DNA of 64,000 nt from Craspedostauros australis (taxonomy: Eukaryota): positions 1 through 64,000 of the forward strand of contig JALAGF010005545.1 in assembly GCA_030167865.1 (NCBI GenBank), given 5' to 3'. The translations under genes and the position numbers were made by a program. The notes under the pieces are model-generated. The model saw only the letters and a program-made list of their open reading frames with translations. It did no database searches and had not been told where the DNA came from. Below are positions 13,669 to 22,798 of the stretch, one piece after another (positions within the stretch are counted from its first letter, which is position 1; each line of letters begins with the position of its first letter).

Positions 13669-15189
13669 ATGAAGCTCAGCATGTCAACGATCCTCGCATC
13701 CGTGGCTTTGGTGGCCAGGACTTGTGCATTTTCCTTGTCATCAGGGAGTCTCTCGAATGGCAACCGATTGTTGAACCAGTCTTTCCGTGCCCAGCAGCAG
13801 CACGTACGAGCCAAAGGAGCGTCATCATCATTGGCATTGGCATCCACCACCACGCCGGTAGATGCCACCGCTGAGGCTGGAACTGAGGACGACGAAGACT
13901 CCTCCATCTATGCACGTGAGGCTGATGCTCTGGCGAAGCTCAAATCGCCCTTCCTCCAGACCATGAGGGACCGAGGATTCCTGCACCAATGCACTGGCAT
14001 CACGGCGCTGGATGCCAAGATGATGGAGAAGTGCACGTCGGCGTACTTGGGATTTGATGCCACGGCCGACTCCCTCCACGTGGGGTCCTTGCTGCAAATC
14101 ATGATTTTGCGGCATTTGCAGCAGTGCGGGCACAGACCTGTCGTGCTCATCGGCGGTGGCACCAGCAAAGTCGGCGACCCAACGGGGAAGGATGAAAGCC
14201 GCAAGCTCCTCACCGATGCCGACCTTCAGAGGAACACCGACGGAATCTCCGAGGTCTTCAAGAAGTTCCTTACCTTCGATGATGAGCAACCCTCGAACGC
14301 CATCATGGTCAACAACGACGAGTGGCTGTCCTCCCTCAAATACCTCGACTTCCTGCGCGAGTACGGTACCCAGTTCACCATCAATCGCATGCTCAGCTTC
14401 GAATCGGTGAAGCAACGCCTCACGCGCGAGGCACCATTCTCGTTCCTCGAATTCAACTACATGATCCTGCAGGCCTACGACTTTCTGGAACTGCACAGGC
14501 GTCATGACGTCCAGCTCCAGCTCGGCGGCAGCGACCAATGGGGCAACATGGTGAGCGGCACGGAACTCGGCCGACGATGCGACGGTGCCCAGCTCTTCGC
14601 CCTCACAGCGCCCCTCATCACCAAGTCAGACGGCACCAAGATGGGCAAGACGGCCGGTGGCGCCATTTGGCTGAATGCCGACAAGCTGTCGGAGTACGAT
14701 TACTGGCAGTTCTGGAGGAACACCTCCGATGAAGATGTCTCGCGTTTTTTGAAATTGTTCACCGAGCTTCCCCTCGAGGAGATTGCCGAATTGGAGAACC
14801 TGAAGGGTGCCGACATCAACAAGGCCAAGATCGTTCTGGCCGACGAAGCCACGGCCATGTTGCACGGTCGCGAGTGCTTGGAGCAGATCCACGAGACCAT
14901 CCAGAACATGTTCAAGGGATCCGGTCAATCCACCGACGGATTGCCGCGAATCTTCGTCGCCAAGGCGGATGTGGAGGCCGGAAAGCGATTTGCTGATCTG
15001 TTTCTGGAACTCAAGCTGTCGAGCAGCAAGAAGGAGGCGCGACGGTTGATTGCTGGAGGCGGTGCCAAGATCGGCGACGAGAAGATCTCCGACGAGACTG
15101 GGTCCCTCACGCTGGAGGACTTTGGTGACAGCACAGAAATCATTCTTCGGGCCGGCAAGAAGCGAGCCGGTGTTGTCGAATTGAGCTAA
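13669..15189 (+). CDS. tyrS: Organellar (bacterial-type) tyrosyl-tRNA synthetase with a bipartite plastid presequence
   Basis: YLGFDATADSLHVGS (HIGH), GGSDQWGN, KMGKT (KMSKS) and a C-terminal S4-like region ending ILRAGKK. The N-terminal signal peptide ends in TCA-F and is followed by a Ser-rich transit peptide. Confidence 0.95.
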   Translation: MKLSMSTILASVALVARTCAFSLSSGSLSNGNRLLNQSFRAQQQHVRAKGASSSLALASTTTPVDATAEAGTEDDEDSSIYAREADALAKLKSPFLQTMRDRGFLHQCTGITALDAKMMEKCTSAYLGFDATADSLHVGSLLQIMILRHLQQCGHRPVVLIGGGTSKVGDPTGKDESRKLLTDADLQRNTDGISEVFKKFLTFDDEQPSNAIMVNNDEWLSSLKYLDFLREYGTQFTINRMLSFESVKQRLTREAPFSFLEFNYMILQAYDFLELHRRHDVQLQLGGSDQWGNMVSGTELGRRCDGAQLFALTAPLITKSDGTKMGKTAGGAIWLNADKLSEYDYWQFWRNTSDEDVSRFLKLFTELPLEEIAELENLKGADINKAKIVLADEATAMLHGRECLEQIHETIQNMFKGSGQSTDGLPRIFVAKADVEAGKRFADLFLELKLSSSKKEARRLIAGGGAKIGDEKISDETGSLTLEDFGDSTEIILRAGKKRAGVVELS

Positions 15190-15274
15190 CAACTCAACAA
15201 AAGTCCATCACGAGGATAATACAGTAGTAAGAACGTATTATTTTATGGACTCTGACATCATCGGAGACTGAGCG

Positions 15275-16147
15275 TCAAAGGTCAGCTCGGACCTTCTGCC
15301 ATATCCGTATCGCTTCTTTCAACCGTCGGATGATCTGCCGTTCGCTCGTCAGCTTGATCACCGTGTCGCCATCGACGTCACATCTCCTTGCCAAAATCTG
15401 CAAGTAGTGATGATCACCATCGTGAGAAGTGTTGATATCATCTCCATGCACGAGGCTGGCGGAGACATTCTGCCGTTTGCGCAGCATGATCAGCTCAACA
15501 CCACCGGGACTCCAGGCATCTACCTTGCCTCCCTTGCGATCGGGCAGCTTGCCCTTCTCCATGTCCTTCTGCTCGCTATACGACAGATACCGCTTCGGTG
15601 GGCAGAATTTCAGCTTGATCCCTTCGGCTTGCACCGTGCTGTCGCAGATGAGCGTTTGATTGACTTGCCGGACGCCGCTGCATGTGACCGGCGTGATGAT
15701 CCCATCCGACATGGCCTTCTCCGGTGACTCCAGCAGCTGCCCCCAACGGCGTAGGTAGTGGTTCAGGCTCTCCAATGATTGCTGCGTGATCGTTTCATTG
15801 GCTTCCACCAACCGATCCACTTCAAACAGCACCTGGTTGGGATCGTCCTTGGTTGTTGTCGACGTTAACGTTGACGAGGATGTTGGCGTGGATGTTGATG
15901 ATGTTGCATCATTGTTGCTCTTCGTATTGCTTGTATCACCATCAAGGGTTCCAAACACCTTGTCAACGACGAAGGATTCCATCTGCTGGAAGGACCACGC
16001 GCAATGGCTGCTTCGAAGTCTGTCTGAGATCGTGGATCGTCCTGGATTCAAACCGTCAGATCGTCGCCAGAAGCTCGGGATATGGAAGCCGAATACGCCG
16101 TCGTCGCGGAGGAGCAGCACTGCCAGGCTGAAGCGGAGCCGCTTCAT
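15275..16147 (-). CDS. Unknown protein, possibly plastid-targeted (290 aa)
   Basis: Single-exon ORF. The hydrophobic N-terminus ends in VFG-FHIP (ASAFAP-like), followed by a basic/Ser stretch and a globular-looking C-terminus (PPKRYLSY..PGGVEL..RRCDVDGDTVIK). Confidence 0.65.
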   Translation of the reverse strand: MKRLRFSLAVLLLRDDGVFGFHIPSFWRRSDGLNPGRSTISDRLRSSHCAWSFQQMESFVVDKVFGTLDGDTSNTKSNNDATSSTSTPTSSSTLTSTTTKDDPNQVLFEVDRLVEANETITQQSLESLNHYLRRWGQLLESPEKAMSDGIITPVTCSGVRQVNQTLICDSTVQAEGIKLKFCPPKRYLSYSEQKDMEKGKLPDRKGGKVDAWSPGGVELIMLRKRQNVSASLVHGDDINTSHDGDHHYLQILARRCDVDGDTVIKLTSERQIIRRLKEAIRIWQKVRADL

Positions 16148-16720
16148 GTTCGATCGCGATACTCGTCGCCGTGTGCTCTTGTGACACTTTCACTGCGCTA
16201 TTAGGAGTCTACGCAGCTTCACAGAAAAAAAGCATTCCTCTTCGGCTTGCACTCGCAGTGCTGCACAGGTGCTCTGGATGGACAAGTATTCTATTCACTC
16301 TACTCTCCTCTACTCTACTCTCCATGTTTCTTGCTCATTGTGGTGAGATCATTTCCCGCGCATACGTACATAGTCGCTGACTGCCTGTCCCAATCATGAT
16401 GTAGGTTGGATGTTGCCATTCCGCAAAGAGAAATGAGGTGGCAAACTCGACAACATGATGGTTGAAGAAACACATCCCAAACGTGCGTGATGCTGTCGTC
16501 ATTGGGAGTTACAGGCAAGTGTTTGGTTGAATACAAATAAAGAAACAATAGATTGGGAAGGGACACTCTAACTATTGTGACTTGGTGACATCGGGACGGA
16601 CATCGTCAAGCCGACACACAACGTTTTTGGTCGGTCGGCTGCTCTCTCTCTCTCTTTCTCTGGCAGAAGTGTAGATGATCAACCAAGCCGAACAACCAAC
16701 GAGGTCGGCAGGAAGGAGAA

Positions 16721-18084
16721 ATGAGAGATGAGGGAAGGGGGATCGACCATCAAGGCCACTGTCACCAACGTCGCCACAGCCACCATGATTCCGACGTGGC
16801 GAATGAAGAAGATGGCAGCACACAAGATGATTTGGGATCTTCGGAGGCCGCAGGCGTCGTGCGTGGACTGTCTCGGTCGATCCGCATGGTGCAACGGAGT
16901 TTGATCGGGCGTCTACCGCGAAGGCGGGTATCCGTGAAGCGCATCGGTCGGTTGTCGGACCGTGCATCCAGGGGTCTGGATCTCTTTGCCAACTTTGCGG
17001 AGAGTCAAGATGATGTACAGGGTGACAGAAGCGGCAAGGGGAATGCAAAGCTGCACAAGGCGAGGGTGCTGCAAGTAGGCGTGTTTGGATTCAGTAAGTT
17101 GCGCTGCGTTTGAAAGAAGGTACTCTCAGAGAGCGGTAGTAGAATGTTTGTGTCACGATGCTATGTTTGTCCAGGTACGTGACAAATGGATGAATGAATG
17201 AATGCATGAATGAATGAAGGACAATGATTGCCATGGACACAGGTGGATATCCAGTTAGAGGAAGATGCGTGGCATGTGCTTGTGGATCACTCCATTGTCC
17301 CATCCACTCACAAATACCACTTGTTCTTGTACTTTGCACCCTGCCACATGCGACGACATGCCATGTCATGTCATTCTACATGTTCATGTCGCAAATGATA
17401 GACTTAATCAAGAACACAATCCTTGGCACTGTCGTCTTCGAAGTGTACGAGCAATCGTATGGGATAATGCAACAGAGATGGAATCAGGAGGACACCTCAG
17501 CACAACATGCTTTCGAAACTTCGCATCATTGCATTGCTGGGGCCATCGCCGGAACATCGCATGCATTCCTTGGTTTGGCATTCGAGACAATGGAAAATAG
17601 AGCGCTTCCAACCTTCAGATACACCATGCAGAGCGCAATTCATCATTCCTTGGCTCACACGGTTCTGTTCGGTTCGTACGCTGGAGTCAAGTATCTTCTG
17701 GAGAGTATGATCGCGAAACAGCACCAGCAGCGCAGCGCGACGACGAGCCTCGCCGGCGGTGATGAGTTCTTGATGGAGTACCAAATTGGAATCACAGCAA
17801 CGGCAGGTGGGGTTAGCGGCGTCGTGCAGAACACGGTATCTCACTACACTGGGATGTGGTTGCAAGTGGAGACGACCGAAAAGACAATGTACCAGCAAAT
17901 GCTGGCAAATCGAACAGCAGTGACGGCGGCGTCCATCGATAGCCCGGCAGCATCGGGATCGAGATCCATCATGAGATCCATGATCAATAGCTTCCGTCCC
18001 TTGCCTCCAGCAGGACAGACGCTGCTGGCATTCCCAGGCATGGCGGTCGCATTCCTTGCTTTTGAGTATGCCAGAGATATTTGA
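16721..18084 (+). CDS. Degenerate mitochondrial-carrier-like membrane protein; about 351 aa, 2 exons, start uncertain
   Basis: Exons 16721-17093 (donor gtaagt) and 17402-18084 keep frame. Carrier-like helices: LGTVVFEVYE, IAGAIAG, VLFGSYAGVK, TAGGVSGVVQ and AVAFLAFE. Confidence 0.55.
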
Positions 18085-18371
18085 CTGTGATAGCCTCACA
18101 GTTGCCACTCCATGGCCTATGGTTTGGTGCAAGTATGGTAGACTGGAAGTAGATACTTGTGTGCTTTTCCTATGGAGAATAGAGGGCTTTGTTCGGCGCT
18201 GGTGATACTCTCGTGTACTGTAGAGGAGTATTCTGCATACCGTAGCCCGTACATACCACACAAGTACCTGCTCTGCACGTATACCATACTGTTCTTCCGG
18301 ACCTATCTTTGGGGGTTTCATACTAGTATCCACGACTAGAGAAATGAGATCTTCGTCCTTCCTCCGTTCCT

Positions 18372-18614
18372 CAAGCAATCCGGTGGTGCAAATGTACTTG
18401 CGTGCGAACACAGCTGGGCGATGAGACAAGATGCGTTGAGAAAAGGGAAGAGTGTGTGTGACACGAGAAGGGTGTCGCAAAAGTATGAGAGAAACCGTGG
18501 CGCAATGCCTGGGTGAAAACTCTCGTTACGCGTCCGCAGTGACCGCACAAAAGATTTGGGTCTTTTGTGGCCACCGCTCTATCTTACATCTGGCATTTTG
18601 ACCGATCCGATTCA
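18372..18614 (-). repeat. 3' LTR (243 bp)
   Basis: Base-by-base identical to 24518-24760; begins TGAATCGG on the minus strand. Confidence 0.95.
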
Positions 18615-18622
18615 GTCCCCTC
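18615..18622 (-). other. Polypurine tract (GAGGGGAC on the minus strand)
   Basis: A purine-rich run immediately precedes the TG of the 3' LTR. Confidence 0.8.
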
Positions 18623-18685
18623 GGCATGATATCCTCAGTTGTCATGGCGTTTTCGGTTCTGCTATTGCTTGTCCAGACGCATGCT

Positions 18686-21600
18686 CTAACCAGCTGAGCT
18701 ATGATCATCACAGATATCGTATAGCACCATGCCCACCAAACCGTCCCGCTTCTGTCCTCCAGTCATGACCTTCGTGCACAGGTCCGACGGATTCTTGATG
18801 GATGGAACGTGGGCAGTCACCATCTCGTTCATTGCAACTGATTCGCGTACCGCATGGTAACACACCGAGTTGGACTTCTTCTTCAGCGTCGACTCCGGAC
18901 GTGATGTGTTGTATATCACCGACATGTTGTCACCATACACCATTGACGGCCCTGATATCTTCACTCCCATCATCCGTAGCTTGTAACGCAGTCCACGTAG
19001 TGCCTCCATTCCCTGTTTCATCGCCACAAACTCAGCCCCGAACACTGAAGTCTCCACGGTGGCCTGCCGCTTCGAAAACCATGTCACCGGCGCCATGTTG
19101 ATGTAGATGATGAAGCCTGTTCTTGATCTCCGCGTTCGCCGCTCACCTGCATGGTCGGAATCGACGAACATCCTGATGTCCACATCCTTTCCCAATGCTG
19201 GTGGTGCGTCCGGTGGGATCGGCTCCTTTGCGTCCCCATAGTAATTGTCCCAGTTCTCATCCCTGAATGCGTTGGCATCAACGACCGGATAGGTGGGATC
19301 AAATACCATCCGTGCATTGTGTCGGTTGCTCAGATATCCAAACACATGCAACAGCGCATCGAGATGCCCCTCTCTCGGCATTGCCACATGCGATGACAGC
19401 ATCGAGACCTCCACAATGATATCAACCCTTCCCAGTTCGACGATCCACCGCAGCACTCCGATCTGAGATTGATAGAACGAAGCTCGCTCTTCATCCAGCT
19501 CCTCCGTTTGGTCCATCTCTGGGCGATATTCCCGGGGAAATGGCGCGCTGCATCGCTTCGGTATCCTCAGTTGTCGCGGTTCCACAAACTTCCGCACATT
19601 GCGGACTGCTTCCTGAACATACTTGGACGATGACAGTGACCATGCAGTCACCTTGTTTGGCAGTTCGATCTGCCGCAGCTTGCCACCAAGGTATATGTCT
19701 GGGTCCCCCATCGATGACGGTTTCATCTTGAAGAACCGATCGATCTCGTGTAGGCACCGACTGGCATCGTGGTGGATGACCAGTGCATCATCAACGTACA
19801 ACAGTACGTAGCTGTAGTATCGAAATCCGTCATCCGGTCGCACAGCTTCCTTCATCCATAGGTCCGGATCCGCTGTGCATGAAGTGTACCCCAATTCACG
19901 CATGCAATCCGCCAAATGGTTCCTGAAGCTTGCTCCGGCGCTCGGCAACCCATACAATGCTCTCACGATAATTGCATGCCTCCCTTGTAGCGCTCCGAAT
20001 TCTGGTCCGCATATTGTTCGCACCTTCTCCTTGCATGGTGCAGTGAGGTACGCATTCTGAATGTCCCCTGCCTGAACCTCCAGGTCGTGGAATGCAGCCA
20101 TCGTCAATGCGATCCGTACACTCTCCCTTGATACCACACTGGAGTATGTCATCGCCGCTGGTGTGTCCACCATGTGTCCCCCGGCTACCAGCCGAGCTTT
20201 CCGTTGAAAGGAATCCATTTTCACGTCGAAGATGATGTGACACTTCATGAATTGGTACCCTCTTGGTACCTCCTCGTCTTGCTCCAAGACTTGGAAAGCA
20301 ATTCTGACATTCTTCATCTCCTTCGCGATGGCATCCTTCCACAGGGTATTGCCATTTGTCCGATCAAGCACCAATGCTTCCTCCACTGTTCGAGGAACCT
20401 CAATGCCAAACTTGTGTGTCTTCTTGAGTTGTCGCTTGTTGACCTTTGCAATGATGATGTTCCGCTTTCGGATGGTGTATGGAACCCACCATGCGAACGC
20501 TGGCTCATTTGCAATGCCCTGTGCGATTGCATATTCAGCCACTTCGATCGGATTGGATTCTTTCAGGTCGGCCAGGCGTTCCCACGTGGTTGACCCGTCC
20601 TTCCATCGGATACATAGCTTCCAACCTCGCGTCGTGCGTCGCCGATGCCGTCTCCCACCGAGCATGGTGTAGCCATCGGCTTCACAAACCGCCGATGCCT
20701 CCTTCTTGTAGTCGATGATGTCATCCATCAGCAGTAGCTGATTTCCGTCCTGGTCACATTGGGCGTACATGTTCTGAGCAATGATGTTTGCAGTGTATTC
20801 TTTCTCCACACCGTCTGGGAATTCAACGACGTAGGATCGGGTATCGAGCAGGGGGTTGGCGTTGGGCCGCCCTTTGTAGCTCCCATCGGCTCCCCGCTTG
20901 CGTTCTCGGACTTTGCCGGTGATCACCACATCATCCCGCGGTATGGCAACATCAGCACCAATGTACACATCGGCACCAACGCCACCGTCATCACCTTCAT
21001 CGTCAGCGTCTGCAGTCCCCTGTTCCTGACCGTCATCATCGTCATCGTAGAGAGGTAGGAATGGTGTTTCGATATCAGGATCCATCTCCTGCAGTTCCTT
21101 CAGTGTCGTAGGATTGCCAATCTTCTGCGCAATGGCAGCATCAAATGCAATCCGCGCTTGCCTCTCCACATCTGACGCCAGCTCCTCTGGGTTGAGCGAG
21201 CGGAACGTGGATCGGTGTACGACCATGCCATTCGCCTTCAGGATCTTGGCTGTCATGGCCGGTCCCACGTCGGCAGAAGGGCCAAGGTATCTCCCCAACA
21301 CAATCTTGCTGTCTGGGAAAGCAATCGTCGTGTCCCTGAACTTGATCCAGTCGTACCAGCCGAACTCCGCGAACTCTGATATGTCAGGCGTCTCGCCCAA
21401 CATGAATTCTTCCGGTGTTCTGCCGTCCAACTTGTAGATGTCAAGCGCAGTGTGAGACCGGATGAGTGCCTCGAGCTCGATGCAGTGGTCCCACAGCTGT
21501 TTGGGACTCCCTGACCGCGCCATCTTCCTGCCAGCGCCTTTCTTCAGTTCTCGAATGGCGCCCTCTGCTGCATTAGACCACGGTGAGTGCGGCTCAATCT

Positions 21601-22798
21601 GTTTGCAGTGGCAGTCGGCGTCTCGAGTCTTCCTCCGGAACTCGCCAAGCACCTGTTCCTTCGACCCATCCATGACCATTGTGTTCGGTACCCCATCACG
21701 GGCGAACATCAATGACAGAGCATGATGTGCTTCGCCTTTCCGCTGCATTGGGAACACCCTTGACCAGCCGAATGGAGTCGCAAAGACCTGTGCGTACCGA
21801 TTGCGTCGCTGCGATATGGTGGTCGCCTCCATGGTGTCGGTGAACACCGTGTCGCGAAGCCTTCGGTAACGCAGCTGTCGATCATTCGTGCGAAACCTCC
21901 GGGCCAGCGAAGGGTTGGCAATGTGTTTGATGCCCCGCTGCGTGGTAACCCGAATGGTTCGTGCTGCAGTTTGGCGTCCCACATTCCAATTCCGAGCAAG
22001 CCGTTCGACGGTCAATGTAGTCTTGGGTCTGGATACTTGTGCTGACGATGACCTGACATGTGATTCCAGCACCTTGCCAAGATTGTCATCGCCTGTTGCT
22101 CCTCCATCGCTGGATGGAAGAGACTTCATTTCCATACCACACAGGAACCGCTGCTCCCGCCGTGTGGCATGCCCCACACCGTCCCCTGAAGGGAAGGCTC
22201 GACCATCAGAGTCAACCACGCGGGCCTCCTGGTTGGAAAAATTCGCCGTGGTGGGGTCCCAGTGCGGCGACGGAGCCGTGAGGACGACACGACGCAGGTC
22301 GGAGTCATCCCATTCGGCATCCGTCGGCGCCCTGGTGGGGAAATATGATGTCACCCCATGCAGGCAAAGTGGGACCGTGTATGCACCCGAGGTGTCTTCG
22401 ACAGCAGCCCGGATCGCGTGCGTGAGCGCGGTCGGCGCATCCGCCATGAACTTGGGCGTCTCGTTGACGTGGGTATCGCTACACCGCATCTGCATCGGGC
22501 ATAGCAGATTGTGCTCCATCGATGGGACGTGCACCGCCTGGTTGACTATGACAAGGACTACCTGGCCAGTACCAGGATCATCGTATGCGAGCGCTCCAGA
22601 CACCGTGCGGAAGTCTTGTACAGGCAGCGACGGATCAAAGGAACAGACAGAGACGGATTGGTTCAGATCGTCGACTATCTTAGCGTGCTTGCCGAGCACA
22701 CACATGTCGGCGTGTGAATCCAGTTCTGTCCTGTGCGAGGTTCCCATGGTGACCGCTGCTGTTTGTACCCGCTGAATGGTGAAGGGAGCCACCTGGCG
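18686..22798 (-). CDS. pol: Copia Pol polyprotein (protease, integrase, chromo-like module, reverse transcriptase, RNase H); in frame with gag
   Basis: PR ELDSHAD; IN D-D-E residues in FTDTM, VMDGS and NAAEG; RT KARLVAGG, GDIQNAYL, ALYGL and YVDD; RH VDSDHAG, VFGAEF, GDNMSV and NPSDLCTK. The frame is open from the gag stop, and the first ATG is at 22747. Confidence 0.95.
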   Translation of the reverse strand, partial: RQVAPFTIQRVQTAAVTMGTSHRTELDSHADMCVLGKHAKIVDDLNQSVSVCSFDPSLPVQDFRTVSGALAYDDPGTGQVVLVIVNQAVHVPSMEHNLLCPMQMRCSDTHVNETPKFMADAPTALTHAIRAAVEDTSGAYTVPLCLHGVTSYFPTRAPTDAEWDDSDLRRVVLTAPSPHWDPTTANFSNQEARVVDSDGRAFPSGDGVGHATRREQRFLCGMEMKSLPSSDGGATGDDNLGKVLESHVRSSSAQVSRPKTTLTVERLARNWNVGRQTAARTIRVTTQRGIKHIANPSLARRFRTNDRQLRYRRLRDTVFTDTMEATTISQRRNRYAQVFATPFGWSRVFPMQRKGEAHHALSLMFARDGVPNTMVMDGSKEQVLGEFRRKTRDADCHCKQIEPHSPWSNAAEGAIRELKKGAGRKMARSGSPKQLWDHCIELEALIRSHTALDIYKLDGRTPEEFMLGETPDISEFAEFGWYDWIKFRDTTIAFPDSKIVLGRYLGPSADVGPAMTAKILKANGMVVHRSTFRSLNPEELASDVERQARIAFDAAIAQKIGNPTTLKELQEMDPDIETPFLPLYDDDDDGQEQGTADADDEGDDGGVGADVYIGADVAIPRDDVVITGKVRERKRGADGSYKGRPNANPLLDTRSYVVEFPDGVEKEYTANIIAQNMYAQCDQDGNQLLLMDDIIDYKKEASAVCEADGYTMLGGRRHRRRTTRGWKLCIRWKDGSTTWERLADLKESNPIEVAEYAIAQGIANEPAFAWWVPYTIRKRNIIIAKVNKRQLKKTHKFGIEVPRTVEEALVLDRTNGNTLWKDAIAKEMKNVRIAFQVLEQDEEVPRGYQFMKCHIIFDVKMDSFQRKARLVAGGHMVDTPAAMTYSSVVSRESVRIALTMAAFHDLEVQAGDIQNAYLTAPCKEKVRTICGPEFGALQGRHAIIVRALYGLPSAGASFRNHLADCMRELGYTSCTADPDLWMKEAVRPDDGFRYYSYVLLYVDDALVIHHDASRCLHEIDRFFKMKPSSMGDPDIYLGGKLRQIELPNKVTAWSLSSSKYVQEAVRNVRKFVEPRQLRIPKRCSAPFPREYRPEMDQTEELDEERASFYQSQIGVLRWIVELGRVDIIVEVSMLSSHVAMPREGHLDALLHVFGYLSNRHNARMVFDPTYPVVDANAFRDENWDNYYGDAKEPIPPDAPPALGKDVDIRMFVDSDHAGERRTRRSRTGFIIYINMAPVTWFSKRQATVETSVFGAEFVAMKQGMEALRGLRYKLRMMGVKISGPSMVYGDNMSVIYNTSRPESTLKKKSNSVCYHAVRESVAMNEMVTAHVPSIKNPSDLCTKVMTGGQKRDGLVGMVLYDICDDHSSAG

